From the NCBI GenBank assembly GCA_030550395.1, contig JAUQPL010000006.1, positions 4,624-68,623 on the forward strand: DNA of 64,000 nucleotides, in the 5' to 3' direction. Below the pieces are notes generated by a model, which was not told the origin of the DNA, made no database searches, and saw nothing but the letters and a program-made list of their open reading frames with translations. A program made the translations under genes and the position numbers. Shown piece after piece: positions 36,555 to 46,523 of the stretch (its first letter is position 1; each line of letters begins with the position of its first letter). Source of the DNA: Bacteroidota bacterium. GTDB lineage: Bacteria > Bacteroidota > Ignavibacteria > Kapaibacteriales > HRBIN21.

Positions 36555-37721
36555 TTATGGGAGCAGTAGGAAAGCGAGGATTGCCGCGGCGGTGCCAAAG
36601 CGGAGGAAAGTCCAAATCCGGTAGCGGCGGACATACTCTAAGGCAGCAATACCGATGAGGCAGAGGGTGAGGATAACCAGTGCGATCCCTACGCCTTCAC
36701 CAATGGATAAACTCTTCGGGTACCACCGGGCAAAGCTGTCAAACCAAGGGGTGCCATAGAGGATGATGAGGTGTCCCACGAAGAGGAAGAGAGAATGTTG
36801 GCTGAGGAGCACGAAAGAATCTTTCCACCGTGCAACAAACCGGAAAAGCCATGCCGTTGCGCCGATGAACAGAAGAGCCAGCCCTAAGCGGAGGAGAATC
36901 AGTCCTGGATTTGCGTGGTATGGGTTTGCATGCACTGGAAGCAACGGTTGACACCACGCTGTTAACAGGGGCACAAGGGAGAGAAGCCCCAGACCCAGCG
37001 CGGGGAGATGGAGGCGCACGGCTATTGCCCGTTCTTTAGCTGAAAGCTGATGAAGCCAACTTCCGATGGGTAAGCCGAAGAAGAGATAGGCAGCAAAGGG
37101 AATGAACGGGAACAGGGAACCACGCTCCGTGCTCATATACGCTGCAAGGGGTTCAGGAAGTATCCGATACCAGTCCACCCATGCAGCAACTGGTGCGGAT
37201 ACTAGGACTGCTATCCCACTGAACAGGCCGATGAGAGCCGTGTGCCGGTTGGAACGGGTAAAGGCGAAGGTTGCTGTAACAAGCAGGAGGGTGAGGCCGA
37301 TGAGCTGTAGGATGTGGACTCGGAAGAAGTCCGTCCATTGGGCTGGAGATACGAATTTGAGGTGCCACAAACGTTGAGCGGGGAACATCATAAGGTATCC
37401 AATTCCCATAAGGGTCAGTGCCCACCGGACACGGCGCCAGAGGAGTTTCCGAGGCACGAGTCCATTTGGCTCCCGCGGGGTAGCGAAGATGTGGACGATA
37501 CCTGACAAAAGCAGGAAGATCGGTGCCGTAAGGCCTCGGAGGAAGTGCCAGATGTTCCACGGGAAGTGTGAAATATCTAGCTCTGCTGGCGTCACCAGCG
37601 CGTCCAGCGTGTGCCCCTGAATCATTAGGACCATTGCCAGCGTGCGGGCAAGGTCCAGAACGTAGAGGCGTTCTGCTTTGCTCATTGTGGAAAGTGGTAC
37701 TTGGTCAGGCAAATGGAGCAC
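36555..37721 (-). CDS. acyltransferase-3/DUF1624-like polytopic membrane protein
   Basis: About 10 TM helices; N-terminal ...ERLYVLDLARTLAMVLMIQGH... resembles heparan-alpha-glucosaminide N-acetyltransferase-like/DUF1624 proteins. Confidence 0.45.
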   Translation of the reverse strand: MLHLPDQVPLSTMSKAERLYVLDLARTLAMVLMIQGHTLDALVTPAELDISHFPWNIWHFLRGLTAPIFLLLSGIVHIFATPREPNGLVPRKLLWRRVRWALTLMGIGYLMMFPAQRLWHLKFVSPAQWTDFFRVHILQLIGLTLLLVTATFAFTRSNRHTALIGLFSGIAVLVSAPVAAWVDWYRILPEPLAAYMSTERGSLFPFIPFAAYLFFGLPIGSWLHQLSAKERAIAVRLHLPALGLGLLSLVPLLTAWCQPLLPVHANPYHANPGLILLRLGLALLFIGATAWLFRFVARWKDSFVLLSQHSLFLFVGHLIILYGTPWFDSFARWYPKSLSIGEGVGIALVILTLCLIGIAALEYVRRYRIWTFLRFGTAAAILAFLLLP

Positions 37722-37819
37722 ACAAAATTGAGACGTTTTTGTCTATCTACGCAAGAAAAGCTCTTTCAGCCGTCATTCAGCAAGCGTTCATCCGTGCGAT
37801 ATTTGAGAGTGTGACAACC

Positions 37820-39838
37820 ATGCCATACGCGGACGATCCTGCCCAAGGACACCCTGATGTTCGCACCCAGCTACCGGGGGTATCTTATTTCTTTCTCGGT
37901 AATGGGCATCTTGCTGCAGCGGTGCAGTATAGTCCCCAGGAGGGTACCCCGTTAGCGCTGGTGCTGTTCCACCCTGCTCTTCTAGGTCCTAAGCGAGCAG
38001 CTCTCAGTATGCATCCCGTGCGGGGGTTGGAGGATACGCAGTTAGTAGTGGAGTATGCCATGGGGCGCTTTACACCCTGTTGGCCGTACACGGTTGAGTG
38101 GGAGGAGGAAGCGATGGTCCCAACGGTCCGGGCTCGATGGGAGGCTGGACAATTAGAAGTAGAAGAGCGCTTCTTCTGTCCTGACCGGAGCCGACCACGG
38201 TTATTACGACTGCTTCGCCTTGTGAACCGAGGGAAAGTAATTTCGCTGAACCTTCGGACAGGGCTTGGGGAGCAGGAAATCCGGGCAGAGTTTCGGTTGG
38301 GTTCAGGGGAGGAGCGCTGGTTGGCCATTGAATATACCCTCACAGGTGAACCGCCGGAGGCTACGTGCCGCTGGACGTTGCCACAAACCCCAGAGGAGGA
38401 GGCAGTAAATTACTGGCGCCGGATTCACCATCTTCGGACAACAGTGCCGCTACTGGATGAGCTGTTCACATTCGCCTGCTGGCAACTTCCGGCAACGATT
38501 GATGTCAGTGGACGTATGGATGCCAGCATCTGGCAGTACAACCTGGAGTGGGTGCGCGACCACTGCATGAATGTTTTTGGGTTATTGGCTGCTGGACATC
38601 ACGAGGTAGCCCGCAACGTTCTGGAGCACAGTGTGCGTGACTTGGTACAGGAGGATGGAGCTCCTTATGATTCCAGCCGACCTCGCCCTCCTGAGTTAGT
38701 TGAATTGGACCAGAATGGGGTTCTTCTGTCAGCACTCCATGCCTATGTATGCTGGACGGGGGATTGGGAATTTGTCCGTCGGTGGTGGCATAAGCTGGTC
38801 GCTGTAGCGGAGTATCCATTCCAGTTCCGCGCTGAGCGGGCATTTCTCCTGCACAATGCTCGGGAGTATTGGGAGAGAATGCCTTTACACGGGGTGGAGG
38901 ATGGTTTTGAGTTGGCATATCAGGTTTGGATGGCGGTCGGGTGGGAAGCGGCGGCACGGCTGGCTGAGCGTCTTCAAGACGGACGGCGAGCATCCCGCTG
39001 GGGGAATGCTGCGGTGCGTATCCGGCGAGCCTTGTTGGCACATCCTCGCTATCGCCTGGTGGAAGATGGGCGTTTCATCAAGCGGCGATGTCTCTCGGGT
39101 GAGGTCCAGTGGGAGCTTTTCCCCCAGGACCATCCGGCAATTCCTCCGGGTGTTCCTCTGCGGTTGGAGGAGCGTCATTGGCTGAATCCCGATGCCTCCT
39201 GTGTCTTGCCTATCGTTTTGGGGCTTGTTGAAGCGCATTCCCCTCTTGCGCAGGCCACGCTCCAAGCGGTCGAGGAGCTCTGGAATCAGCGGTGGACGGA
39301 TGGGGGGTATGGGCGATACCATGTTAGTTCGGAACCGGATTCTCCAGGTCCCTGGCCGCTGGCGTCCTTACTGATTACACGAGCGTATGCCCGAGCCCGG
39401 GATGCTGAGCGGGTTTGGCGAGTGCTCCGATGGCTCCAGAGTCTGCCTCAGGCTCGCTCCGGCGCCTGGTTTGAGTTCTATGGTCCTCGTCCCATCCCGC
39501 CTTGTCCACAGGTGGGGATTCTCCTGTGGAATTGGTCTGAGCTTCTCCAGCTGCTTGTGCGGGATCTTGCAGGGGTCTGGGCAGAAGAGGAGTCTCTTTC
39601 CTTTTCTCCCTGGCTTCCGAAGGGAGTGGAAGCATTGACGTTGGAATGCCTATGGCGTGGGAAGCGCCGTATGCTTCAAGTTCGGCAAGAGGAAGGAATC
39701 GCGGAACCAGTGGTGCAGACAGATATTGGCCCACTGCCTTTTGAGCATGGGAGGGCGCGCCTACCGGAGGCAGTAACGATGGCGGAGGTGGTGTTGCCTT
39801 GCTTTATGGAAAGATCCCAAGCTGGAAGTATGCCGTAG
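37820..39838 (+). CDS. glycoside hydrolase, (alpha/alpha)6-barrel GH15-like family
   Basis: ...SIWQYNLEWVRDHCMNVFGLLAAGHHEVARNVL... and ...DGGYGRYHVSSEPDSPGPWPLASLLITRAYA... resemble the glucoamylase/GH15-type catalytic core. The start is refined to the ATG at 37820 to avoid overlapping the divergent upstream gene. Confidence 0.45.
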   Translation: MPYADDPAQGHPDVRTQLPGVSYFFLGNGHLAAAVQYSPQEGTPLALVLFHPALLGPKRAALSMHPVRGLEDTQLVVEYAMGRFTPCWPYTVEWEEEAMVPTVRARWEAGQLEVEERFFCPDRSRPRLLRLLRLVNRGKVISLNLRTGLGEQEIRAEFRLGSGEERWLAIEYTLTGEPPEATCRWTLPQTPEEEAVNYWRRIHHLRTTVPLLDELFTFACWQLPATIDVSGRMDASIWQYNLEWVRDHCMNVFGLLAAGHHEVARNVLEHSVRDLVQEDGAPYDSSRPRPPELVELDQNGVLLSALHAYVCWTGDWEFVRRWWHKLVAVAEYPFQFRAERAFLLHNAREYWERMPLHGVEDGFELAYQVWMAVGWEAAARLAERLQDGRRASRWGNAAVRIRRALLAHPRYRLVEDGRFIKRRCLSGEVQWELFPQDHPAIPPGVPLRLEERHWLNPDASCVLPIVLGLVEAHSPLAQATLQAVEELWNQRWTDGGYGRYHVSSEPDSPGPWPLASLLITRAYARARDAERVWRVLRWLQSLPQARSGAWFEFYGPRPIPPCPQVGILLWNWSELLQLLVRDLAGVWAEEESLSFSPWLPKGVEALTLECLWRGKRRMLQVRQEEGIAEPVVQTDIGPLPFEHGRARLPEAVTMAEVVLPCFMERSQAGSMP

Positions 39839-41258
39839 CGATTTTGTCAATGGCGCAGACAAAGGCAGCGGTTCGGAGGTCCTGGACACCTTTGCGAGTC
39901 TTGTGAATTTCCCAGAGTTCGTGGAAAGCCGAAATCATGGTGTCTTCCAGACCGGAGCGTACCAGGTCTACCTCATCCGGACCGCGCAGCAGGAGTTGGC
40001 GTTCCGGGGTTGTAAGTGTTTTACCGGTCAGACGCTCTACCATCTCAACCAGCCGCTGATTTGTCCGCTCCTCAAAGCGCTTTTCCAAGCGCCCTAAGCG
40101 GACATGGGCGATATTCTTGAGCCATTCAAAGTAGGAGACCACTACGCCGCCCGCATTGAGGAAGATGTCAGGCAAGATGAAAATCCCCCGCTGGAGGAGG
40201 ATTTCCTCTGCGGCAGCGGTGGTCGGGCCATTTGCGCCTTCGGCAATGATTTTTGCCCGAATGCGAGGGGCGTTATGGTAGTGGATTTGTGATTCCAGTG
40301 CCGCCGGTAGCAGAATATCGCAGTCATACTCTAAGACTGTGTCCCGTTCCTCCATCGGGATCGTTTGGGCTTTGGGGTAGTAGAGGATAGAGCCTGTTTC
40401 CCGGCGATGGCGCGCCAGCTCTTCAACGTCAATCCCATCCGGGTTGTAAACAGCGCCATCCCACTCAATGACGGCAGTGATGATAGCTCCTCCCTCTTGC
40501 TGGAGGAATCGGGCAGCGTGATAGCCAACATTGCCGAATCCTTGGACAATAACACGCTTGCCCTCCAGACCTGGCTCCAAACCCAGTGGACGTACCAGCT
40601 CGGGCAAGGAGAGGGCTTCCCGGATTCCGAAGTAAATGCCTAAGCCTGTAGCTTCTGTCCGACCACGGACACCGCCCTGTTCAACGGGTTTTCCTGTGAC
40701 ACACGCCAGCGCATTAATGTCATCAGGACGGAATGCCATGTAGGTATCGGCAATCCATGCCATCTCCCGGGGACCTGTTCCATAATCCGGCGCAGGAACA
40801 TCCAGCGAAGGACCGATGAAGTTCTTTTGTATCAGCTCCACTGTATAGCGGCGGGTAATCCGCTCCAGCTCTTCTTCGGTGTAGTTACGGGGATTGATCT
40901 TAATGCCGCCCTTCGCGCCCCCGAAGGGAACGTTGACAATGGCACACTTGTAGGTCATCAAGGCTGCGAGAGCCATGATTTCGTCTTGACCCACGGTCTC
41001 TGCATACCGTATACCGCCCTTGCACGGCAAGCGGTGATGACTATGTTCGGCGCGCCAGCCTTGGATGACCTGTATTTCGCCGCGAATGCGAACAGGGAAC
41101 TGGACATAGTAGACTTTGTTGCATACTCGAATTTGCTCCAGCAATCCACGCGGATAGTCTAACAGTGCTGCCGCTTTAGCGAAGTTGCGATCAACAGATT
41201 CTGAAAATGACAGAGTCTCCCGTGCCTGTGCCGCCGGAGCAGCAGTGTCTACCACCAT
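39804..41258 (-). CDS. gdhA: Glu/Leu/Phe/Val dehydrogenase family, glutamate dehydrogenase-like
   Basis: Catalytic Lys region ...VNVPFGGAKGGIKINP... and the Rossmann dinucleotide fold GFGNVG; about 484 aa. Confidence 0.85.
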   Translation of the reverse strand: MVVDTAAPAAQARETLSFSESVDRNFAKAAALLDYPRGLLEQIRVCNKVYYVQFPVRIRGEIQVIQGWRAEHSHHRLPCKGGIRYAETVGQDEIMALAALMTYKCAIVNVPFGGAKGGIKINPRNYTEEELERITRRYTVELIQKNFIGPSLDVPAPDYGTGPREMAWIADTYMAFRPDDINALACVTGKPVEQGGVRGRTEATGLGIYFGIREALSLPELVRPLGLEPGLEGKRVIVQGFGNVGYHAARFLQQEGGAIITAVIEWDGAVYNPDGIDVEELARHRRETGSILYYPKAQTIPMEERDTVLEYDCDILLPAALESQIHYHNAPRIRAKIIAEGANGPTTAAAEEILLQRGIFILPDIFLNAGGVVVSYFEWLKNIAHVRLGRLEKRFEERTNQRLVEMVERLTGKTLTTPERQLLLRGPDEVDLVRSGLEDTMISAFHELWEIHKTRKGVQDLRTAAFVCAIDKIATAYFQLGIFP

Positions 41259-41336
41259 TGACAGATAGCTCTCTTTGAGACATACTGAAGGGGCAGGAGA
41301 TAATACTCCTGCCCCGAGAGTATTCTACGGGATGGC

Positions 41337-42464
41337 TTAGAGGTTACCTCGCAACGCTTGCTCTCGCTCAATGGCTTCAAAGAGTGCCTTGAAGTTCCCT
41401 TTCCCGAAGGATTCTGCCCCTTTCCGCTGAATGAGCTCATAGAAGAGAGTTGGGCGATCTTGTACGGGCTTGGTAAAGATTTGAAGCATGTAGCCCTTGT
41501 CGTCTCGGTCTACCAGGATGTTGAGTTCGCGCAACGAGTCAATATCTTCGTCAATTTTGCCTACCCGCTGCTCCAGCTCATCGTAGTAGGTCGTGGGGGT
41601 GTAGAGGAACTCCACACCGCGAGCCTTAAGCTGTCGGACAGTTTGCACGATGTTCTCACACTCCAGCGCAATATGCTGAACCCCTGGACCATTGTTGTAG
41701 AGCACGAACTCCTCGATCTGTGAGCGCCGCCTTCCTTCGGCTGGCTCATTGATGGGGAACTTGATCCATTTGTTCTCGTTAGCGACCACGGTGGAGCGCA
41801 GAGCGGAGTACTCAGTGGAGATATCTTTATCGTCAAAGGAAACGAAGCGCTGGAAACCGAAGACACGGTTGTAAAAAGCAACGTACTCGTTCATCTGATT
41901 CCAGCCAACATTCCCCACGACGTGGTCAATGTGTTTGAATCCGACTGGGCGCGCAAGCTCATCTTTCGGCGTACTTTGATAGGGAGGCAAGAAAACACCG
42001 GCATAGGCATCGCGCTGGATGAAGCTATGGATAACGTCCCCATAGGTTGCAATGGCAGCAACGATGACTTTGCCGTATTCATCCTCTAAGACGCTCGGTT
42101 CACGCACGCCGCGAGCGCCCCGCTCAACAGCTTTCCGGTAGCAGAACTCGGCATCATCTACTTCAAAAGCGATGTCGCGAACCCCATCCCCGTGTTTGAC
42201 CAACCATTCCGCAATGGGATGATCGGAGACAACGGGAGCGGTCACTACCAGGGTTACCTTGTTTTGGCGTAGGACATACGAGGCTGTTTGCCGTACCCCT
42301 GTCTCCGGTCCGGCGAAGCCAATCAGCTCAAACCCGAAAGCATGGCGGTAGAAGTAAGAGGCTTGCTTGGCGTTCCCCACGTAGAGCTCAATATGGTGGA
42401 TGCGGCGAATAGGTAGTGGTTCCACGGTGGCTGCTCCAGGGGCTGTTTCTGTGTGAAGTTGCAT
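41337..42464 (-). CDS. hppD: 4-hydroxyphenylpyruvate dioxygenase
   Basis: Two VOC modules and a C-terminal ...KGNFKALFEAIEREQALRGNL characteristic of HPPD. Confidence 0.8.
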   Translation of the reverse strand: MQLHTETAPGAATVEPLPIRRIHHIELYVGNAKQASYFYRHAFGFELIGFAGPETGVRQTASYVLRQNKVTLVVTAPVVSDHPIAEWLVKHGDGVRDIAFEVDDAEFCYRKAVERGARGVREPSVLEDEYGKVIVAAIATYGDVIHSFIQRDAYAGVFLPPYQSTPKDELARPVGFKHIDHVVGNVGWNQMNEYVAFYNRVFGFQRFVSFDDKDISTEYSALRSTVVANENKWIKFPINEPAEGRRRSQIEEFVLYNNGPGVQHIALECENIVQTVRQLKARGVEFLYTPTTYYDELEQRVGKIDEDIDSLRELNILVDRDDKGYMLQIFTKPVQDRPTLFYELIQRKGAESFGKGNFKALFEAIEREQALRGNL

Positions 42465-42526
42465 AGCAACCTCTCCGAGATTGGGACATGTTCACGTGAT
42501 ACAAACTTAGCAAAAGCCTTAAAGAC

Positions 42527-44116
42527 TTACTCCGGGCGGGGGACGAAGCGGACTCGTATGACCACTCCGAAGAAGCCGGGGCGCACATCGGTGGTGGTTT
42601 CCCACCGGAGATTCGGGAGTGGGGATAAGCGGTGGCGCAATTCCGTTGCAGCGGTGTATGCCCGCAGTTGGGCAAGCATGGGCGCCTCCAACAAGGTGCC
42701 TGGCAGTAGTTGGAGCCCTGCCACAGATACCGGGGGTCCGGTGTAGAGTGCGGAAGCATTGGGTTCGGCAACACCCGTGACGATAATGTGAATGCGTTCG
42801 AGAGGCCTGCATCCCGGTGCGGTAAGGTGAGCAATCAGGTTTACGAGACTGTCCAGCCGTTGTTCCGTCAGCCGGACCCCCTCTGTTTCCCAGTCCAGTT
42901 GCGACTTGCCGGGGGGAGGGAAAGAACGGAGGGTAAACTGTTCGTGGAGCAGTTGTCCCCATGCATGCTCTGACGTTGACAGATGGTAACTTGAGGAGCC
43001 AGCGAAAGGGAGCTCATACACGGCCTCTGGTATCGTATCCAGTGGGCTAATCGGGATGCGATATACGACACTCCGGAAGAAATCGCACGGTGTAGAGACG
43101 GTGAGCTGAACCTCGGGAGAACAAGGGACCTTGTACCGGATCCGGAGGTGCTGGAATGCGGAGGTCGGGAGAGAAAATTGTCCTGATGCAGGAATCTGGA
43201 GTCTCTGTCCCCCTTGCTCGATGATGAGTGTTCCCGACACGGTGGTATCCGGAGATGGAGGAGGCTGGAACACAATGTGAACAGGTCCGCAGAGCGCGAA
43301 GGCGAAGAGATCGTATCCTCCTTGGCCTTCGCGTCGGTTGGAGGCGAAAAGAAGAGTGTCTTGCCAGAGGATGGGAGTCATGTCGTCGGCTTCGGAGGAG
43401 AATGGGGGTGGCAGGAGAAGGATGCGTTCCCAGTGTCCAGGGGCTATCGGAGCGGCGATCAGGAGTTTCCACCGACCGGAGATGTCCACGCCCCGAGAAG
43501 CGAAGACAAAACGCCCATCCGGCAGGAACCAGGGCATGGCATCGTCGGAGGGGGTGTTGATGTGTGGACCCATGTTTTCAGGGGGTGTCCAACGACCATT
43601 GGGAAGACGTCGGCTGAGGTAGAGGTCTAATCCACCCCATCCCCCGGGTCGGTCGGAGGCGAAGATGAGCCATTCTCCGTCGGGCGATATACTAGGATGT
43701 CCGTCCCATGCTGGTGAGTTCAGGTCTGAGAGAAGTTCTGGGGGGCTCCACTGGTCCCTATTCCACTGCCGTACGGCGAGCTCTGCCGAAAGCGATGCTG
43801 TTACGAGGGTTCCTAATACTGTGGGCGGTGAACGGCGAAGGGCTTGGCGCGGGAGGAATGAGCTGTCGGTTAGCAGGGTCTGTATCCGATAAGTGTTCCA
43901 TACCGTATCGGGACGCAGCGTAAGGAAGGTTCGATATTGCATCTGTGTCTGGCTGATGAAGAGGACGGATTCTTCCAGCAGTCCCACAATGTGCTCGTCA
44001 CCTTTGGTGTTTACTTGCCGCAGGCGCTCGCTCAGCGAAAGGTGGGGCATGGCAGGGGCCTCACAGTAAGCGAGCATCAGGATGTACAGACAAACCCGGT
44101 AGGCACGGATGCCCAT
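42527..44116 (-). CDS. PD40/TolB-like beta-propeller repeat protein with a degenerate OmpA-like C-terminal region
   Basis: ...LIFASDRPGGWGGLDLYLSRR.../...LLFASNRREGQGGYDLFAF... repeats and a signal-like N-terminus. The C-terminal ...QRLDSLVNLIAHLTAPGCRPLERIHIIVTG... has OmpA_C-like spacing but lacks the TDxxG core. Confidence 0.6.
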   Translation of the reverse strand: MGIRAYRVCLYILMLAYCEAPAMPHLSLSERLRQVNTKGDEHIVGLLEESVLFISQTQMQYRTFLTLRPDTVWNTYRIQTLLTDSSFLPRQALRRSPPTVLGTLVTASLSAELAVRQWNRDQWSPPELLSDLNSPAWDGHPSISPDGEWLIFASDRPGGWGGLDLYLSRRLPNGRWTPPENMGPHINTPSDDAMPWFLPDGRFVFASRGVDISGRWKLLIAAPIAPGHWERILLLPPPFSSEADDMTPILWQDTLLFASNRREGQGGYDLFAFALCGPVHIVFQPPPSPDTTVSGTLIIEQGGQRLQIPASGQFSLPTSAFQHLRIRYKVPCSPEVQLTVSTPCDFFRSVVYRIPISPLDTIPEAVYELPFAGSSSYHLSTSEHAWGQLLHEQFTLRSFPPPGKSQLDWETEGVRLTEQRLDSLVNLIAHLTAPGCRPLERIHIIVTGVAEPNASALYTGPPVSVAGLQLLPGTLLEAPMLAQLRAYTAATELRHRLSPLPNLRWETTTDVRPGFFGVVIRVRFVPRPE

Positions 44117-44235
44117 ACTGCTTCAGGATAAGCCAAGGGCTACGACGAACGAAAATAAGCACTTTGGGAATGGAGCGCTCCCATAATGAGGGCTTCCATT
44201 GTGCGTCTTAGCAAGCTAAGCTGCTGGTAAGAGCT

Positions 44236-44598
44236 ATGGCTGGGCTGGAGGCGGGAAAGCGAAGGCACGTGTTTGTTTATGGTGGCTTTCTTGTGGCGGT
44301 AGCAGCAATAGCCTTCGTCATGCTGGAGGGGCATCTCCGACTGCGCTTGTCGGTCGGTGCTGTAATTGTTGCCCTCCAGGTATTGGCTCTGTGGCGCCTC
44401 GGGAGGCGGTTCCCTCGGAGTGCGCTATCCTTGTGGGTAGTCACGGCCGTGCTGATCAGCTGGGTATGGGGACGGTTAGCATGGAATGCGGTGGATACGA
44501 TGCCGTTGGTAACCCTGCTTTTAGGAGCTGCAATCGGTGCGACGCTGGGTGTGACGTATCTATGGGTGAGAGACACATGGGGGCAATCGACCGGATGA
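44236..44598 (+). CDS. small integral membrane protein (3-4 TM), translationally coupled to hslV
   Basis: Hydrophobic 120-aa product. Its stop overlaps the hslV ATG in an ATGA arrangement (ccggATGAag). Confidence 0.4.
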   Translation: MAGLEAGKRRHVFVYGGFLVAVAAIAFVMLEGHLRLRLSVGAVIVALQVLALWRLGRRFPRSALSLWVVTAVLISWVWGRLAWNAVDTMPLVTLLLGAAIGATLGVTYLWVRDTWGQSTG

Positions 44599-45125
44599 AG
44601 CTGTATCAGACCACCGTTGTCGCTGTTCTGCGAGATGGTAAGGCGGCAATGGGTGCTGATGGACAAGTCACGATGGGAAATACGGTTTTGAAGCAGCGGG
44701 CGCGCAAAGTCCGTCGCCTTTATAACGACCGGATTCTCGCAGGCTTTTCCGGGGCGACGGCAGACGCTTTAACTTTGCTCCAGCGCTTTGAGGAGAAGCT
44801 AGAGAGTAATCGGGGAAATTTGCTGCGGTCTGCTATTGAGTTGGCGAAGGAGTGGCGCACCGACCGGTACTTACGTCACTTGGAGGCATTGCTTTTGGTG
44901 ATGGATATGACCCAACTTCTCCTTATCAGCGGCACGGGAGACGTCATTGAGCCCGATGATCATATAGCCGCTATTGGCTCCGGTGGGGGCTTTGCATTGG
45001 CGGCTGCCCGGGCGCTGTTACACCATACACAGCTGCCGGCCCGCCGCATTGTGGAGGAGTCGCTCCGAATTGCAGGTGGCATTTGCATTTACACCAACGA
45101 CGTCATCACAGTGGAGGAACTCTAA
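44595..45125 (+). CDS. hslV: ATP-dependent protease subunit HslV
   Basis: ...[61 protein letters not shown]... is the canonical HslV sequence. A 5-residue propeptide-like extension (MKLYQ) precedes the TT. Confidence 0.85.
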   Translation: MKLYQTTVVAVLRDGKAAMGADGQVTMGNTVLKQRARKVRRLYNDRILAGFSGATADALTLLQRFEEKLESNRGNLLRSAIELAKEWRTDRYLRHLEALLLVMDMTQLLLISGTGDVIEPDDHIAAIGSGGGFALAAARALLHHTQLPARRIVEESLRIAGGICIYTNDVITVEEL

Positions 45126-46516
45126 TGGGAGAGGCGCTCTACGGCGAGCAGTTATTAGAGCGTGTACGCTCGTTGACACCGCAACAGATCGTACGGGAGC
45201 TTGACAAGTACATCGTTGGGCAGCAGGAAGCGAAACGTGCCGTCGCAATTGCACTGCGCAATCGGTGGCGGCGCCAGCAGGTGCAAGGATGGTTACGGGA
45301 GGAAATCGTCCCGAACAACATCATTCTGATCGGACCGACGGGAGTGGGTAAGACGGAAATCGCCCGGCGTCTGGCAAAGCTGACGCAGGCTCCTTTCGTT
45401 AAGGTAGAAGCCACGCGCTTTACCGAAGTTGGCTACGTCGGACGGGATGTAGAATCAATGGTCCGTGATCTGGTTGAGGTTGCTGTGGCGATGGTGCGGG
45501 CGGAGAAGATGGAGGAGGTTCGTCGGCAAGCCCGGGCGGCAGCTGAACAGCGCCTTTTGGATTTGCTTTTGCCTCTGCCTCGCCCTGCCGGTTTGGGACT
45601 TGATACGGGGAGGATGGAAGAGGTGAGTCGCTACTATACTGCTCATCAGCAACTTCAGGCGCAGCTCCAAGCCGGTGAGTTAGACCATCAGCTTGTTGAA
45701 ATAGAGTTGCCTGTTGACTTTCCCCCCACGATGTACTTGTTTGGTCCGGCTCAGTTAGAAGAATTAGGGTACAACTTGCGTGAGCTCTTCCGCCGCTTTA
45801 TGCCGAGGGAAACCCGGAAACGCCGAGTCACTGTGGCCGAAGCTCGCTCTATCCTGGAGCAGGAGGAGGCGAATAAATTCATTGATATGGAGGCTGTCGT
45901 CCATGAAGCACTCTTCCGAGCAGAGAACCTCGGCATCATTTTCATTGACGAGATTGACAAAATTGCTGTTTCCGGCAGGACCCATCACGGACCTGATGTA
46001 TCGCGGGAAGGGGTGCAGCGAGATCTCCTCCCCATTGTGGAGGGAGCAACTGTGATGACGAAGTATGGACCGGTGCGTACCGATCACATTCTCTTCATTG
46101 CCTCCGGGGCCTTCCACATTGCAAAGCCGTCCGATCTGATCCCAGAGTTGCAGGGACGTTTCCCTATTCGGGTAGAGCTCCACAGTTTAACGGAGGAGGA
46201 CTTTGTCAAGATCCTCACCCAGCCGGAGAATGCACTGATCAAGCAGTATCAAGCCTTGCTGAAGGCTGAGGGAGTCCACTTAGAGTTCACCGAGGATGCC
46301 ATCCGAGAAATTGCCGCCATAGCAGCTCGGGTGAACGAGGAGGTCACCAATATTGGAGCACGGCGCTTGCATACGATTCTGTTCACCGTCTTGGAAGATG
46401 TTCTGTTTGGAGCGCCAGAGAACACCGAAGGGGTCGTGCGAGTTGATGCCGAGTATGTTCGCTCGCGTTTGAGCGGTGTCGTGCAGAATGTAGATTTGAG
46501 TCGCTACATCCTCTGA
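45125..46516 (+). CDS. hslU: ATP-dependent protease ATPase subunit HslU
   Basis: Walker A ...[19 protein letters not shown]...; about 463 aa. TAATG overlap with hslV. Confidence 0.9.
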   Translation: MGEALYGEQLLERVRSLTPQQIVRELDKYIVGQQEAKRAVAIALRNRWRRQQVQGWLREEIVPNNIILIGPTGVGKTEIARRLAKLTQAPFVKVEATRFTEVGYVGRDVESMVRDLVEVAVAMVRAEKMEEVRRQARAAAEQRLLDLLLPLPRPAGLGLDTGRMEEVSRYYTAHQQLQAQLQAGELDHQLVEIELPVDFPPTMYLFGPAQLEELGYNLRELFRRFMPRETRKRRVTVAEARSILEQEEANKFIDMEAVVHEALFRAENLGIIFIDEIDKIAVSGRTHHGPDVSREGVQRDLLPIVEGATVMTKYGPVRTDHILFIASGAFHIAKPSDLIPELQGRFPIRVELHSLTEEDFVKILTQPENALIKQYQALLKAEGVHLEFTEDAIREIAAIAARVNEEVTNIGARRLHTILFTVLEDVLFGAPENTEGVVRVDAEYVRSRLSGVVQNVDLSRYIL

Positions 46517-46523
46517 TGGCGCT

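Noticed and set aside
44140-44240. CIRCE-like (TTAGCAAGCTAAGCTGC) and sigma-32-like (TTGGGAA...CCCATAAT) elements upstream of the small-ORF/hslVU unit
   Set aside because: The TTAGCA repeats do not form the 9-bp inverted repeat with 9-nt spacer of CIRCE, and the -35/-10 spacing is only about 9 nt. Only the GGAGCGCTCC palindrome is kept as an observation.
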